From Chrysomallon squamiferum (lineage: Eukaryota; Animalia; Mollusca): DNA of 64,000 bases. Below, one piece after another: positions 1 through 14,720 of the stretch. A program made the translations under genes and the position numbers. Within the stretch, counting starts at the first letter, position 1, and the number at the start of each line of letters is the position of its first letter. The notes below the pieces were generated by a model. The model had not been told where the DNA came from and searched no databases. It saw nothing but the letters and a program-made list of their open reading frames with translations. The DNA lies in the NCBI GenBank assembly GCA_012295275.1, contig CM022672.1, positions 19,592,001-19,656,000 of the forward strand. The letters run 5' to 3'.

Positions 1-1104
1 ATCTGGATGTTGTTGAGTAACTTCAATAAAAGAGGATGATAATAAATTTGTCTCATATTTCAGATCAAAATGGAAATAATTTTATACAGCAGACATTAAA
101 AAGCTTGTTTGCAGACGTCATAAAGTTTTTGAAAATAACGGCGTCTGTATTGATGATTAGAGACATTTCTATTAATTACCATTTTATTTTAACTGTCAGT
201 GAAGAAACTGGACACAGTTTTCATTACCACCTGATTATATATGATACGTGTGTGTGGTGTGTTTAATAAGACTCCCTGCTTAGTATCTGCAGTACATTTA
301 ATGACCACTGTAGTGGTCATGATTTTCACCTGCCACAGTATATTGAGTTGTAATAGAATATTTTGTGTATCAGTGATCTAATTTGATGCCTGGCTATTGT
401 CTGCAAATATCATAGTTCAGATCTTAGCCATTAATATATATATATACTGGGTTAGAAACAAGTTTATAGCATTTTATAGTGAAATTAAAGAAAATATTTA
501 GAAATATGTACACACAAATTTATTCAACCACCTATGTGCCATTTTGTTCATCATTCAGAATATGTACATCTATTTCATATATTTCAATCATGTGTAAAAC
601 AAAATCACATCCTTAAATACCACTTACTGAAAAAATGCAGCAAATTTCAAATCTTTGTTCCTATCCTATATAAAATATATCCTTTTTTGGAAATAAAAAA
701 ATGTAATGGGTTCATTTGATTTCAACAGAGGGTTATCTTTATATTATTTGTGTGGTTGTTAACCGTACTGTTGTAAATAAAAAAAATAAAAAAAATAAAA
801 AAAAAAAAAAAAAAAAAAAAAATGCTTTTAATATTTCACGTTCACTTTTTCCTAGTAACACAATTTGTTAAAGAATGCGCCTTATAATTTATTCTGCCTT
901 CAATCTTGATGCGAACATTCTGACAGAAAAGTGTGTTTTTCTTCCTGGTTTTTTAAGCGTAGGTAATTTTTAAACACCAGTGCTGGGTTACATACAAGAT
1001 CAGAAAATGCTGGTTAGCAGAGCACTTGACAGAAGTGGTGCTGTGTGTTTGGTTATTAGTTTATGTATGGGACGCACAAACACCCACAAATTATTAATAG
1101 TTTG

Positions 1105-1113
1105 GTTACTATT

Positions 1114-1144
<31 letters not shown>

Positions 1145-1150
1145 TTTTTA

Positions 1151-1189
<39 letters not shown>

Positions 1190-1192
1190 TTT

Positions 1193-1261
<69 letters not shown>

Positions 1262-1300
1262 TTATACTTTTTTATTATTATTATTTATTATATATATATT
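1105..1300. repeat. (ATT)n microsatellite
   Basis: Direct reading; source of the poly-L/I/Y ORFs 980-1395. Confidence 0.95.
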
Positions 1301-1859
1301 CCAAGGTTCTGGTTTTCTTCATTTTTTACAGGTTTTTTTTCAAAAACACTTATTATTTTTTTATCATATTCATGATATTGTTTACTTTGTTGTAAATCTC
1401 AGGTTACGACCTTTACTTTTCATTTTTTCCCCATCTTTCACTCAAATTCTTTATCTCTTACTCTTGTTCCTTTACCTTTCGTTAATGTTTATGAGTTCTT
1501 TTCTGTCTTTCCATTATTCATTATTTTTTCCACACTTCACTGCAAATTTTGCTGTCAAATTTTTTCTTTTGCAGATTTATTTCTCTTTTGTTTTTGTTTT
1601 TTTTCATTTTCTCACTGACTCTTTTTGTCTGTCTCTCTTTACTTTTCTTTTTCCCTCCCTTCTCTTCTTTTTCTTTCTCTCTTTCTTGCATGGACACACT
1701 TGTACATTAGATGCTCATAATTTACTCACATACATACAGACATGCACCCATGTACCAAGTACTAAGATGCTGAAAGCATTCCTCAAGTAATCACATGGAC
1801 CTGAAATACACTTAGAAAACTATACTAATATATCATCTCCAGATTTAAACATTCATGCA

Positions 1860-2290
1860 TCTATCCAATATGAAACACTTCATTGAACCTACAAAACAAT
1901 ATGAAAGATTTTTGCACCTACAAAACAGTATGAAACATTTTAGCACCTACTAACCAAAATGAAAAAAATCTTTAACCTGTATGAAACATTTTTTCACCTG
2001 TTAACCAATATGAAACATTTTATTGCACCTACTGACCAGTTTGAAACATGTTTGCACCTGTTAACCAATATGAAACATTTTTTTCACATGTCAACCTGAA
2101 TGAAACATGTTTTCCACAATTAACCAATACGAAACATTTTTTTTTTTTTTACCTGTTAACAAATATGAAACATTTTTGCACTTACTAACCAATATGAAAC
2201 ATTTTTGCACTTACTAACCAATATGAAACATTTTTGCACTTACTAACCAATATGAATCATTTTTGCACCTATTGATTGATTTTAAACATT
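1860..2290. repeat. Minisatellite, about 29-bp unit AATATGAAACATTTTTGCACTTACTAACC, roughly 14 degenerate copies
   Basis: Three consecutive exact units from about 2162, with diverged units on both sides. Confidence 0.92.
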
Positions 2291-2540
2291 TCCGCCTATT
2301 ACACTGGACACATCGTAACTTCGGTTTCACATAATAATGGAGGTGAAATCATTAAGCCATTAAAAGATCAAGTGCTGTTTATCTGCGGGATTTTACACTC
2401 TCTTATCTGACCACAAATCTGGTGAAAATGAATCTCTGTTGTCATGCCGATTACAAGAATGCGGTCAAAATACAATTAGTTTTCTAAATACAACTCGCTC
2501 ACAGTGGACTCTTGAATTGTTCACTTGAAAGAGTTTTCAA

Positions 2541-2576
<36 letters not shown>

Positions 2577-2788
2577 TTCACTCCTTCTCTTTTCTGTCAC
2601 AAAAGCACTTGAATGTGACAATAATGGTATTTTATCAGTTCTTTTGAGATACTGCTGAGGCAGGAAACTTGTGCGCCATTTGTACAAATTGTTTATAATG
2701 GGTGTTGTGTGGATGAAATAATAAGCAAGAATGAAAGTCGGTGTCCTCCACCCACCTGTTTGGAATGTTACTGAATGGAAAAGTTCTG

Positions 2789-2821
<33 letters not shown>

Positions 2822-4693
2822 AAAAAACACCCATAAAAAATGATATGAAATATCTATTTAATTGTTGAAAGTAATAGAAAAAAAAAAAAGGTTATAAAAA
2901 AATTGAGAAAGTATATTTTATTTCTTCCTTCTGAGGTCTCTTTCTTTGAATTTTTTTTTTTTTTTTTCATTTTCTAAGCATTGATAGGAAAGAAATTATA
3001 TATCATGTAAAAAGATACAATTTTGACACCACTAAATATCTTAATCTTGTCCTATTAATAGACAAACTATCTTGAAATTATAGACATATTACTGCATATA
3101 GGATTCTTATTGATAGCCATTTTTCTTTCATCTATACTAGAAAAGCCAGGGCATGTGTTACCTTGCTATTTGGAAAATAAGAAATGCCAGTATCAGATAA
3201 ATAATCACTGAAAAGATAGTATTTCAGAAAACCAAATACTGTCCTGATTATTAAAAAGTATTCAGTATTAAAATACAAGGTAAATACTGACTTTTGGTTT
3301 TTCAAAAGGGATTTACACAAGTATCAAAATCTTTGATAACAGAATATAAAGTAAACTGTGCTCATGCTTTTTTAAAAAAGAACTGACCCCAGTATCGCAG
3401 TCTCTAATATGAAAATACAAGATACACATTGCTGTTTTCTGGATGAGTAATTCCGATACCAAAATTTGTAATATGAAATACAAAGCATAGGCTTCTTTGA
3501 TTGTTAGAATAGCTCATTGTTAAAATAAATGATGCCAGAATATCAAAATACTGCTAAATGGTGTCTTGACACATTGGAAAGGGAGTAAGCAAAAATGGTA
3601 TCTTGCAGTTTTTTTTTTCTTTCTCAGTACCATTTAGGTTATCACCAATTTTTAAAAAAAAATCAAGTTTTTTTTATGTGCATATGTCGGATGCCAAGTG
3701 CCTTTAATAAACCAGAATGTGTACATATCAGTAAACATCAATAAGCATTTCAACAAATATAAACTGATTTACGTGGCTGTGTCACTCACCTTCAACAAAC
3801 CAACAGCTAATATCACTGTTTTCTGGCACCCCACCAACAGATACGTGTGATATATGCTGCAGGTAAGTGTGGCAAAATTACACATATGAATTTGTTTATG
3901 ATCACACAGTGGCTCATGTGAAATATCACAAGATTACTTATCGTTTTTGAAAGATTTTCAATAATGCGGTGTTTCAGTACAGCAGAGTTTTCGTTTGTAT
4001 ATATATGTGTGTGTGTGTGTAAGTGTGTCTGTGTTGAATGTTTAATTCTTTAGTGAATGTTTTGTCACACAGATGAAGAATAAATATAGTTTTATTTATA
4101 GAATTTAAAATGGCACTCACACACATATATACAAATATTCTCTCATACATAAGCACACACAGACTTAAAAACCTATGTATGTATATGTATGTAAATAGCT
4201 GTGTGTGTGTGTGTGTGTGTATATATCTATATATCTGTTTATATCTATATCTATATCTATATATTTGAATATTTTATTTAACAATGCATTCAGCACATTT
4301 TATACACAGTTTTATATACAAGTTATCTGTTCATTACAGTGGATGTGTGGAGAAATGTGTGTGAGTTGACAGGCACTTCACAGAGAGACTGTTGTTTTTT
4401 CAGTGTGGGTGTATCAGTGCAGTGAGATAAAGTGTCAGCTCGGAGTTGTCCTGCTGAGATTAACTACCAGCAATTCAACAGCCGTTTAATCTGTCAGTCA
4501 CAGAGTCACTCTGTGTCTCCTCATGAACACTCTGTCTTCACACGATAATCCGTCCATCCTTTTGTGTTTTTCTTTTCTTTCAGCCTTTCTGTATGACCAT
4601 CCCTGTTTTCTTTCCATTATTTTGGAAGAAGAACTGAAATGTATTATTGAGTGTGTGTGTGAATGTGAATGAATGGCTCTCTCTGTATCTCAT

Positions 4694-4743
<50 letters not shown>

Positions 4744-5918
4744 GTCTGTCTGTCTGTCTATCTAACTCTCTATCTAAATATATCTATATATCTAGCTAAA
4801 TATATCTATATATGATGGTATGTAGGCATGTATGTAGGTAGATATATAGGTGTGTATATAGATAAGTAGGTAGGTACATACCATCATACCAACAATTACA
4901 CGTATACATACTAACATACCTGTTTACTTTGGTACATACATACTCATACATACATATATCAACCTACATATGAAATATTTCTTTATTAATATTCAAACCA
5001 TGGAATTCCGCAGCTATATATATATATATATAAAAAAAAAAAAAAAGTATCTCTGTACTTGAGTGACCCAGTATTCTTGAAATGATCAAAAGTGAGTGTT
5101 GATGGAACAACCCTGAAAATATCTCGGCAGAGCGATGACCTACAAGTACACAGTTAAAATCTGTATAGGTTTACACAAACATTCCACTTTAATCTGTGTG
5201 TGTTCTTTCATATATACACATATCTCTTCAAATCAAACAAATCCAAGTCTGTATTATTAATATACACTCTGCAGGTAAGCAGTTCATTGCCTGTATTAAT
5301 AAAGAATATGTAAAAATGTGCTGTCTCATAACATTTTTGGTAATTCAAATACACACACACACAGATTATTATTATTTATTTATTAATGGACTGCCCATGT
5401 GTACATATGTATGTGTGTGTTTACGTGTTTATGTAGATAGATAGATCTATAGATATATAGATAAATAATACTGATAATTATAATAATTTCTCTCTGTGTG
5501 TGTGTTTGTGTGTGAGCAGAAACAGATTAGGGTTAAAAGAGTTAAATAAATCTTTCAAAGCAGATGTCCTTGTTGTATATACACTGGTAATTAAACTTTC
5601 CTTTCATGTTGCTTTGATTTATAACAGAAAGAGAAAAATAATTTCCACCTGGACATTTGTCACTGTCTTCGTTTTGTCATCTCAAAAATTAACCAGAGAA
5701 AAATAACATACATTACCTTTTCAACCCTATTTTTCTTGTAACATTTCATGCTCTTTTTTTTTTTTTTTTTTCTTTTTGTTTTTTAAATTTAACTTTCTTT
5801 TTCTTTTTCTTTTTGTTTAAATAATGTATGGCTCATCTATGCCTTTTGTCTTGCAGCATTTCAAGTTTTTGTGTTGTTGTTTTTTTAAATCATGCTTATT
5901 GGTGTTTGGATGTTACCA

Positions 5919-5964
<46 letters not shown>

Positions 5965-7169
5965 TAGAAAAATAGAAAGATGGGTTATGTGTGAGAAAGT
6001 GAGTACAAGAGAGAGAATCGTGGCAATAACACATAAGAAAAACAAAACAACACATAAACATACACACAAGAAGGATATAAAATTTAAAAAAAACAAGTAA
6101 AAAAAAAAAAGTTGAGTAACATGTTTCAGAGAACCACTGAAAGCGCTCACAGAGGTAACAGTTACCAAGTGTAAAACAGAGGTGGGTTCAGATTTTAACA
6201 TCAGCTGAGCTTGGAAGGAAACATCTCAAACTTGACTGCAATGCGTTATTTTCTTATTCTTCTTCTTTTTCTTTCTTTTTCTTTTTCTTTTCTTTTTTTT
6301 TTTTTTTTTTTTTTTTTGTTCACCACTGAGGAATTTGGTGTCTATGAAAACAAGCAGCGTTTTGTGTGTGCAATCAGCAACTCGATCTGACATTATTTTC
6401 TGTTTTATAACTGTTTTTAAGGCGTGACGGGTTAGTTTTGCCACTGAGGAGTAGAGCACTACCTGGCCTGTTACCTAATCTTGGCTGACCCTAACACATG
6501 TAGTAGAACATACTTGTTACATACATGTATGCTTGGAATGCGTTAGTGTCAGGAAATATATACTCTTCTATTTGCAGCTATTTTCAAACACACAGGCTGG
6601 TGGAGGTTTTTAGTTGGGGTGGGTTTTTTTTTTTTTTTTTTTTTTTTTTTTGCCACTGTTATGTAATTATGTGTTAATACAGTTTAGCTTATAGAGTCAA
6701 GTATAGATGTTTTTTTTTTTTTTTTTTTTTTTTTTGTTTTTGTGTTTGCGTGTTCTTGTTTTACAGGTGTGTTTTTTGTGTGTGTAGGTGTGCTTGTGTT
6801 GTTATGTAGGTGTGTATGTGTGTGTGTGTTTGTGTGTTTCTGTGTGTTATTTGCATTAAACATGAAAAAATCAAGCAAATCCAAATCTGTGTTATTAATA
6901 CAAATAAAAAGTTGAATTAGCAGTACATTACCTGTATTAATAAAGTATATTTTAAAATATAATGTGTGTAATTACCTTTTAGAAATGTCAAAAATTCAGT
7001 TTATTCTTTTATTTAAAAAAAAAAAAAAAAAATTTTGAAAAGGAATAAAAATATATAAAAATAAAATGATAAAAAAGAACCTATGTCATCATCTGCAGTA
7101 TTTCATGGAACAGACAGCAACAGTTTATTATATTTTTTCTATTTGAATCTTTTTTTTTTTCTATATGCA

Positions 7170-8100
7170 ACCAAAACGTTCATTATCTGAAATATTAACA
7201 CATAAATAACAGGTGAGCAATACATCATTTGTATCACGAAGATACTTTATTATCTGTATTGAAAAAAGCAAACACACTCAAACACAAAACTACCAATAAA
7301 TACCTCCCTTCCCTCAACCCCCCCCCAAAATCTGTTCAGTACCTAAGTTACTGAAAGATTGAAACTTAGATAATTGATTTGTTATCTGTATTTAAAACAT
7401 TTAAATGTCATTTATTCATTTCATTAACGCACAAGAAAGGATCAATTGATTACCAGTATTAAATTTTACAACAGTCAAGTGAAGCATTACATGTAGTATT
7501 AACCCTCTGAAAAAGATACAGTTGTTCATTGTCAGAGTTATTAAACATGCAAAAGGTAAGCAATTCATTACCTGTATAATAATAATAAAAAAGAAGAAAA
7601 AAAGAAAAAAAAAAAAAAAAAAAATTAATTACATGTAGTATTAACCATTTGCAAAAAAAAAATAAAAAAATTTAAAATAACAACTGTTCATTATTTGAAT
7701 TATTAAACACACAGGAGGTAAGCAATTCATTATCTGTATAAAAGTATGAATCGTTACATTTAATAACCATCAGAAAAAAATAAAAATTTTTTAGCTGTTC
7801 ATTAACTGAATTATTATACATCCAACAGGTAAGCAATTCATTACCTGTATAAAAGTATGAATCATTACATTTATTAACCGTCAGAAAAAAAAAAAAAAAA
7901 AAAAAAATAAAAAATGAAAAATCATCTGTTCATTATCTGAATTATTATGCATCCAACAGGTAAGCAATTCATTACCTGTATAAAAACATGAACCATTACA
8001 TGTACATGTATTAACCCTCTGGTAAAAAAAAAATAAAACACACAGAAAAACAAACTTGTTCATTATCTGAATTATTAAACATGCAGTAGGTAAGGTGTGC
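7170..8100 (+). repeat. Degenerate tandem repeat (about 110-160 bp period), core CTGTTCATTATCTGAATTATTAAACAT..ACAGGTAAGCAATTCATTACCTGTATA; outlying copies near 5240-5340 and 6880-6980
   Basis: Core recurs near 7180, 7520, 7684, 7795, 7926 and 8057. Confidence 0.85.
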
Positions 8101-10529
8101 ATAAAAATGTGATGTGTACAAAACTCAGGTAATTCACTGGCTTGTATTTAGAACACAGAAAAAAAATATGACTGCAGGTGAACTGGATTAAAACCAGAAT
8201 TGCATTTCATTATTTGGATGAAAAGTACCGTATAATCAGCTAGAGAACTAAAACTCCCAAGATTAAAGAAAAAGAAAATAAAACACCTTTTCAAAGTGTT
8301 ATTTGATAATATTTACATCCTGAGAAAACATTTCCGTGAACATTTTCAAACGGTGAAAGCAAGTACTAAAGAGTGTGTGTGTATGTGGATCAGTTTGAGT
8401 TCTACCTGTCTGAAAATAGCTTTTCTGTTCCCTTTTCTTCTTATATTCCTGTCTTTTGTGTGAGCTTACCTGAAATACAATTACATGTATTACATTTTGT
8501 TCATTGTTACACTATGAATCACAGTCTAGGTTGCACAAGGGACCCACATTCTTCCAAAATCGCTTGGTGAAAACTTAATATTTCTGTTAGTATTTTACGT
8601 CATAATTAGCTTAAGTTATGAAATTAATATGCTTGTTTGTTCTTTCTTAAAATTTGTTTTATGTTTTGAAACTATGTTTTGGTTCATAAGCTCAGTCTTT
8701 ATTATTGGAATTTTGATTCAATTTATAAGTGCTAATGAATTTTTTAAATATTTCATTTAAATTATGGACTAAATTTTTATTTCTTTTCATTTTATTATTA
8801 TTATTATTATTATGTTTTTTTTTGTTTTTTTTTAAAGCACTGGTTTAATTTCTGACCATATTTTTGTAATTCTTTTTTTTTGTTGGAATGTTTTGGTTTA
8901 AGTTACAAACATGTGATTTTATTGAATTCTGGTTTATTAAACTATGAATATAATGTTGTTCGGGAGGTTTTGGTTTAAGCTATGAAAATAATTGATAATT
9001 CTTGGAAACAATAGCTTAAATTATGAACATAAATATTTTTATGGAGCATTATCATGATTATGTTAAAACACTAGCATATGAACATGATATGATCTTTGGG
9101 AGTGTTGGTTAATAACAATGTCATGTAAAGCAACCGGTCTAAGTTCTGAACACAAAATAACTTTCAGTGTGTTTTCAGGCTCTGAGGAAGGGAATAACTT
9201 ACACACAAGTAGATATGATACAACTTGTTGTTGCCTCAAACACACATAACGAGGATATTTCTGTAAGCAGATTTCTGTGTTAAAATGCCAAACATTCAGG
9301 AGGACTGCCACTCATAAGAGTGCATATTGCTATAAACATAATTCTCTTTTCTTTCTGCCACTGCTTTCGTGGAAACACACATAGAGTATAAATCAAGGAA
9401 ATACATGCTTAACCCCAAAAACTGTATTTATATTGTATATAAAATGAGCTTTTTTTTTTTGGAATCAAGCATATATTTCTTGATTTTTATGTGTTTTCTG
9501 TTTTGTGTGGAAGTTACTTGTAAACTTCAGTGACATAAATGTCATAACTTGTAGCTAAAAGCAAACTGAAGTATTTGCAGAATATTTTTTTTTTTTTTTT
9601 TTTTACAAGATAATGTTAATTTTGACTTCTCTGGTGTAACAAATTTATTTACTGGTGAAAAAAGAAAAATTTTGAAGGAGATTATTTTGAATGTGATATT
9701 TAATTCAGTCATCATCAGCATTGTCATCATTATTACTTTTATTATTATAATTAATATTATTATTTTATTTTCATTATTATTAGGATATTTACCATTATTA
9801 CTATTATTATTATTATTATTGTTATCATATATCTTATGCATTTTTCTAATTTTTTAATTTTTTTTTTTAATTAAAAACAAAACAATTTTGGAAGCATTTT
9901 GTTAAAATAAAAATCAACAATATCATCATTATTACTTTCATAATTATAATTTTAATTATTATTATCATCATCATTATTATTAGGATAATTACCAAAATTA
10001 CTATTATCATAAATTTTATGCTTTTTAAATTTTTTCTTATAAATGTGGTGGAAGCATTCTGCCAAAATTAGAATCAACACTGATATTTTAGCATTTCAGT
10101 TTTAATTCTGCATCAATTTTGTTTTGCCCTGAAGTAAATAGATTCCTTATTTTGCACATTGTTTTTGACAATTTGTAATTGAAGAGATGTTAATTTGTAA
10201 CATTGCTATTGGTAAAAATATTTTTTTGTAAAAATGTTTTGTTTTGCTGCTGTCGCCATTATTTTCAAGGAAGCTTCTTCAGATTACCTCAACTTTTGTT
10301 TTTGTTTTATTGTTTTGCATTTCAGATTTAGACACACACACACACACACACACAGAGACACACATGCAGACACATACAAAACTTAATAAGGAAGGAAAAT
10401 CTGTATAGGTGATAAATATTCTGCTAGAATTTGTAATTATTAATAAATAATCTGACAAGTTCAATTTGAGCTGAATACAGAATATCTATGTATGTAATCA
10501 GCTGCATTTAGAAACTATATTAATTAACA

Positions 10530-10885
10530 CTATGTGAATAGATACAAATAACCCTTTATATTTAGAATGAAATTAAAATTAAAATAAATACATACATATA
10601 TACAAATAAGCCTTTATATTTATGAATAAAATATACAAATTAAAATAAATGTATGAATATATACAAATAACCCTTTACATTTAGAAAAAAATACAAATTA
10701 AAATAAATATGTGAATATATACAAATAATACTTTACATTTAGAATAAAATTAAAATTAAAACAAACAATATGAAAATATACAAATAAACTTTGACATTTA
10801 AAAAAATACACAAATTAAGATAATACAAATTCAACTGAATTGAACACATACAAATAACCATTTACATTTAGAAATATACAAACAA
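10530..10885. repeat. AT-rich minisatellite, about 57-bp unit with ATACAAATAACCCTTTACATTTAGAA
   Basis: About 6 diverged tandem copies. Confidence 0.8.
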
Positions 10886-11565
10886 GCTAAATACTCAACT
10901 AATGCTATAACAGGCTTAAAAAAAAAAATTAAAAAAATAAAATTAAAAAATTAAAAAATGTTATATTAAAAAGTTAAAATGTTTTAGGATATATAACTTA
11001 ACTTTTTAGATTTTGGTTAATGGAACATCGACCCAAACATAAAGTTTTTTTTTTTTTTTTTTTTTTTATTACTTCCCACTCATCAGCATGAAGCTGCTGT
11101 TTTCATTCATTTTGTTTACTTTTATGACCACAGCAGAGTGCAAAACAAATTTCACAAAATAACTTCTGTTCTAATCAACACAGCAGTGTGCAAGGTCAAA
11201 ATTCTAAAGAACAAAAAAAAAAAAAAAAAAAAAAACACCAGAAAAACAAACATGAAGAACCATTGGCCTCATTATTAACATGTTCCGAACAGCACCTTCA
11301 CATCAGATTAGTTCTTCTACCTGGTACAGATACCTGTGGATACATCTCAGTAATTATATTCATTTCAGTCATGATAGAAAAATACCAGGTAGCTCACATC
11401 AGATTGAAGCTGCTGGCACAAGAATGTATAGCGTACATAGGGGAGCACGTGAACTTGGAGAAGCCAAATCTATCATAAAGTCTATCATAGCAGTGAATGA
11501 TAGGATGAACTCATTTGAGAAAGCTCATCATCTACTCACTACACTGGATGAGTCTTGACATAGAT

Positions 11566-11599
<34 letters not shown>

Positions 11600-11791
11600 T
11601 ATCATGATTATGGATACATTTATATGATGAAAGAAATGTTATCTATGAAATGTGAAGCGTTATTTTTTGGGGGGGGGGTTTTTTTTTTTTTTTTATGTAC
11701 GTAAAGCTTTTTGAGAATTAGTAATAACCGAAATAGTTGTAAATATTTACAGTATATTCTAGTTCATTCAGTAGCAAATATTATTGACGTG

Positions 11792-11824
<33 letters not shown>

Positions 11825-14189
11825 AAATGAAACATCTATGAAATATTTGTAAACATTTCTCAGAAAAAATAATATAGAAATAACTGTAAAAATATATTTG
11901 CCTCATAATCTAGTTTATACAGCAAAGCAACAATTGGTTATTATTATTATTATCTAACAAATGTTATCTGTTTTATAATGAATTAGCTACAGATAAAGCA
12001 GACCTGTTTTGTTGAAGGTTTTTTTTTTACAGAAAATAATGTAACAATCTTTCTTTATTTCCTATTTTTGACCAACAAGTATATTTAGGATACTATCAGC
12101 TTGTTATTTATTTTTGTTTTAATATTTTTACAGAATATATTTTCAGTACTTATTAATACTGAATGTAATTTTTGACATAATGAAATAATGTTATTGTTAT
12201 TTTTATGTGAAGGAAGGAATAGTAAGTGTAAACATTTCCTAGAACTGTTGTAAACAATTGTTTGGAAATAAAGCAGAGAGTTTTACTTTTAAAAAAACAG
12301 GGGATATGTTTACTTCGTAAACTTATAAAAAAAAACAAAAGCCACACTGGCAACATTATTGTTTTTAATTGTATTTAAAAAAAATAATAATAATAAAAAA
12401 ATAAAGCCTTGTAAGAGTTGTGATGCATTTTTACATGTTCAAATGTTTCCAAGAATTAGTAATATAGAAAGTAACGCATTTATATGTTCATGTTCATAGA
12501 AATGTAAACAGCACTGACTAAGCTATTTACTAAAATTGATGTGTCTTTATATTTAAACATGTGTCAGAGTTAATACCACAAACAAATGGATCCTACTCGT
12601 GAGCAAGGAGCTTTTTTTCTTATGTTATCTGTAAGCAAGAGGTGTGCATATGAGTGTGTCTGTCTGTCTGTGTGTGTGTGTGTGTTATCTCATGTTTACA
12701 TACATGTTTCTTGCTCACTAGCAACTGGCTCAATTTTCAACGTAGTGAAATTTTTGTCAACAGAAATATGACATGTCTTCATCTGTAAACAGTTTGGAGA
12801 ATTGGTAATATTGAATTACTTGTAAATATGTGTACATTCTGCCTTATACAACAACAACAACAACTTATTTTGACACATTTTAGCATGATAAAGCATTTAT
12901 TTTTTAAAGAAAATATAAAGAGTTTATTAAAAAAAAAAAAATTGTCCATGTAAATTAAAGAGCATATATAATAATTGGACTAACCTATAGCATGGTTTTC
13001 TTTTGTCTATATTAATAAAAGTATATATATATATATATATATATATTTTTATGTATAATGTATGTATATGTATATAATTGGTAAGCTTTTTATTTTATAC
13101 ATAAACAAAAGAGTAAATACATATATATATATATAATAACTGAACTAAAGTATAGTATGTATTTTTCCTGTTTTATGTATGTGTACATGCATATACATAT
13201 ATCTATACATACATACACACACACATATATATAAGACATGTGCACACACACATATATACAAGACATGCTCACACACATATAGACAGACAGATAGACAGAT
13301 AACTAACTTAACTACAGAGAGACAGATAATTGACTTAACTACAGAGTGTATTTTTTCTGTTTTGTAAGAAAGTAACTCGCTGATCACTTAGAACTGTTGA
13401 ACAGGTGTGTTGCTTGCAGCTGTTGCAGTGGATTTCCCCATTCAGATTAAACCATTTAAAAATCCTACACCGAACAACATTAATTGATAAAAACAGAATA
13501 TCCATCATTTTTTATTAATTATCAAAAACAGAAATGTCTGTCATTCATTCCATTAATTGTCACAGGCATGTAGCGTAGCTGATATTGGATTTGGTGAAGA
13601 AAAAAAAAAAGATTTTTTTTACTTGTTCTGATCTCGTATTTTGATTTATGAACATATTATGGCATAAATGTAAATGATGAAAGTAGTTGAATTTAAAACG
13701 ATGAAAAAAAAAAAAAAAAAAATGTTTTTTTAATCTTTGTTTTTAATGGAATTTAAAAAAAAAAAAAATATGTGTATACATTTTTTTTTTTTTTTTTTTT
13801 TTTTTAAAATTTTAATTTCCATGATATTAAATAAAGAAATAAAAAATAAATCATTTGCTTTTTGGTTGCCTGTTTTACATGGCTTTTAAAAAATGTTCTG
13901 GTTACACCTACAGCCACTTGTTCATAATTTAAAAAAAAAAAAAAAAAAAAAAATAAGGCAAAAAAAAATAAAAATTAGGTTCACTAAGGTTTCGGTGTTT
14001 GTTTTTTTGCGGAGAAAATAATGAAGCTTGTTTAAGGATATTGATATTATAAACACAGATTAGAAACACATTTGTGAAATGAGCATTTTCCAGTGGAGGA
14101 ACATGTGTTGTTACAATTTGTGTGTTAATTTTACATCAAGTGACATCAACCGTAACCTGTATTTAGACTGTTTAACACTGCCTTGAGTT

Positions 14190-14213
14190 TATAATAATAA
14201 TAATAACACTAAC

Positions 14214-14257
<44 letters not shown>

Positions 14258-14469
14258 CACTAACAATAATAATAATAATAGTAGTAGTAGTAATAATAAT
14301 AATAGTAATAATAGTAATAGTAATTTATTATATTAATAGAATTGATAAATATAAATGACAGTAGTAATAGCATTAATAGTATTAATAAGTCAGTAGTAGT
14401 AGTAGTAAGAGTATTACAAGTATTAATGATGATAATATAAATAAGTCTATGGCGATAACAGTAGTTGTT

Positions 14470-14511
<42 letters not shown>

Positions 14512-14720
14512 ATGAGTATTACAAGTATTAATGATGCTAATATTAATATCAGGAGTGATAACAGTAGTACTAATAACAATAATAAAAGTATTAATATTAT
14601 TAACAAGTTAGCAGTAGTACAAACAGTAGTTGTTTCTGTTGTAGCAGTAATAATAGCTGCAGTAGCAGTTGTTGTAATCATTGTAGCAGCAATAATAAGT
14701 AGTAGTACTATTATAATAAT
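14190..14720. repeat. Compound (AAT)n/(AGT)n trinucleotide microsatellite
   Basis: Direct reading; explains ORFs 14382-14801. Confidence 0.92.

Noticed and set aside
301-320. Short palindromes: ATGACCACTGTAGTGGTCAT here, CACAGATATCTGTG at 57886-57899 and a TAGACCTC/GAGGTCTA stem near 58170-58206
   Set aside because: Isolated, and too short to distinguish from chance in 64 kb.
1860-2290. 29-bp repeats as a CRISPR array
   Set aside because: Head-to-tail units with no spacers; an ordinary minisatellite.
3800-3870. Perfect donor GCAG|GTAAGT as the missing signal-peptide exon
   Set aside because: The phase-1 frame has an upstream TAA and no ATG or hydrophobic leader.
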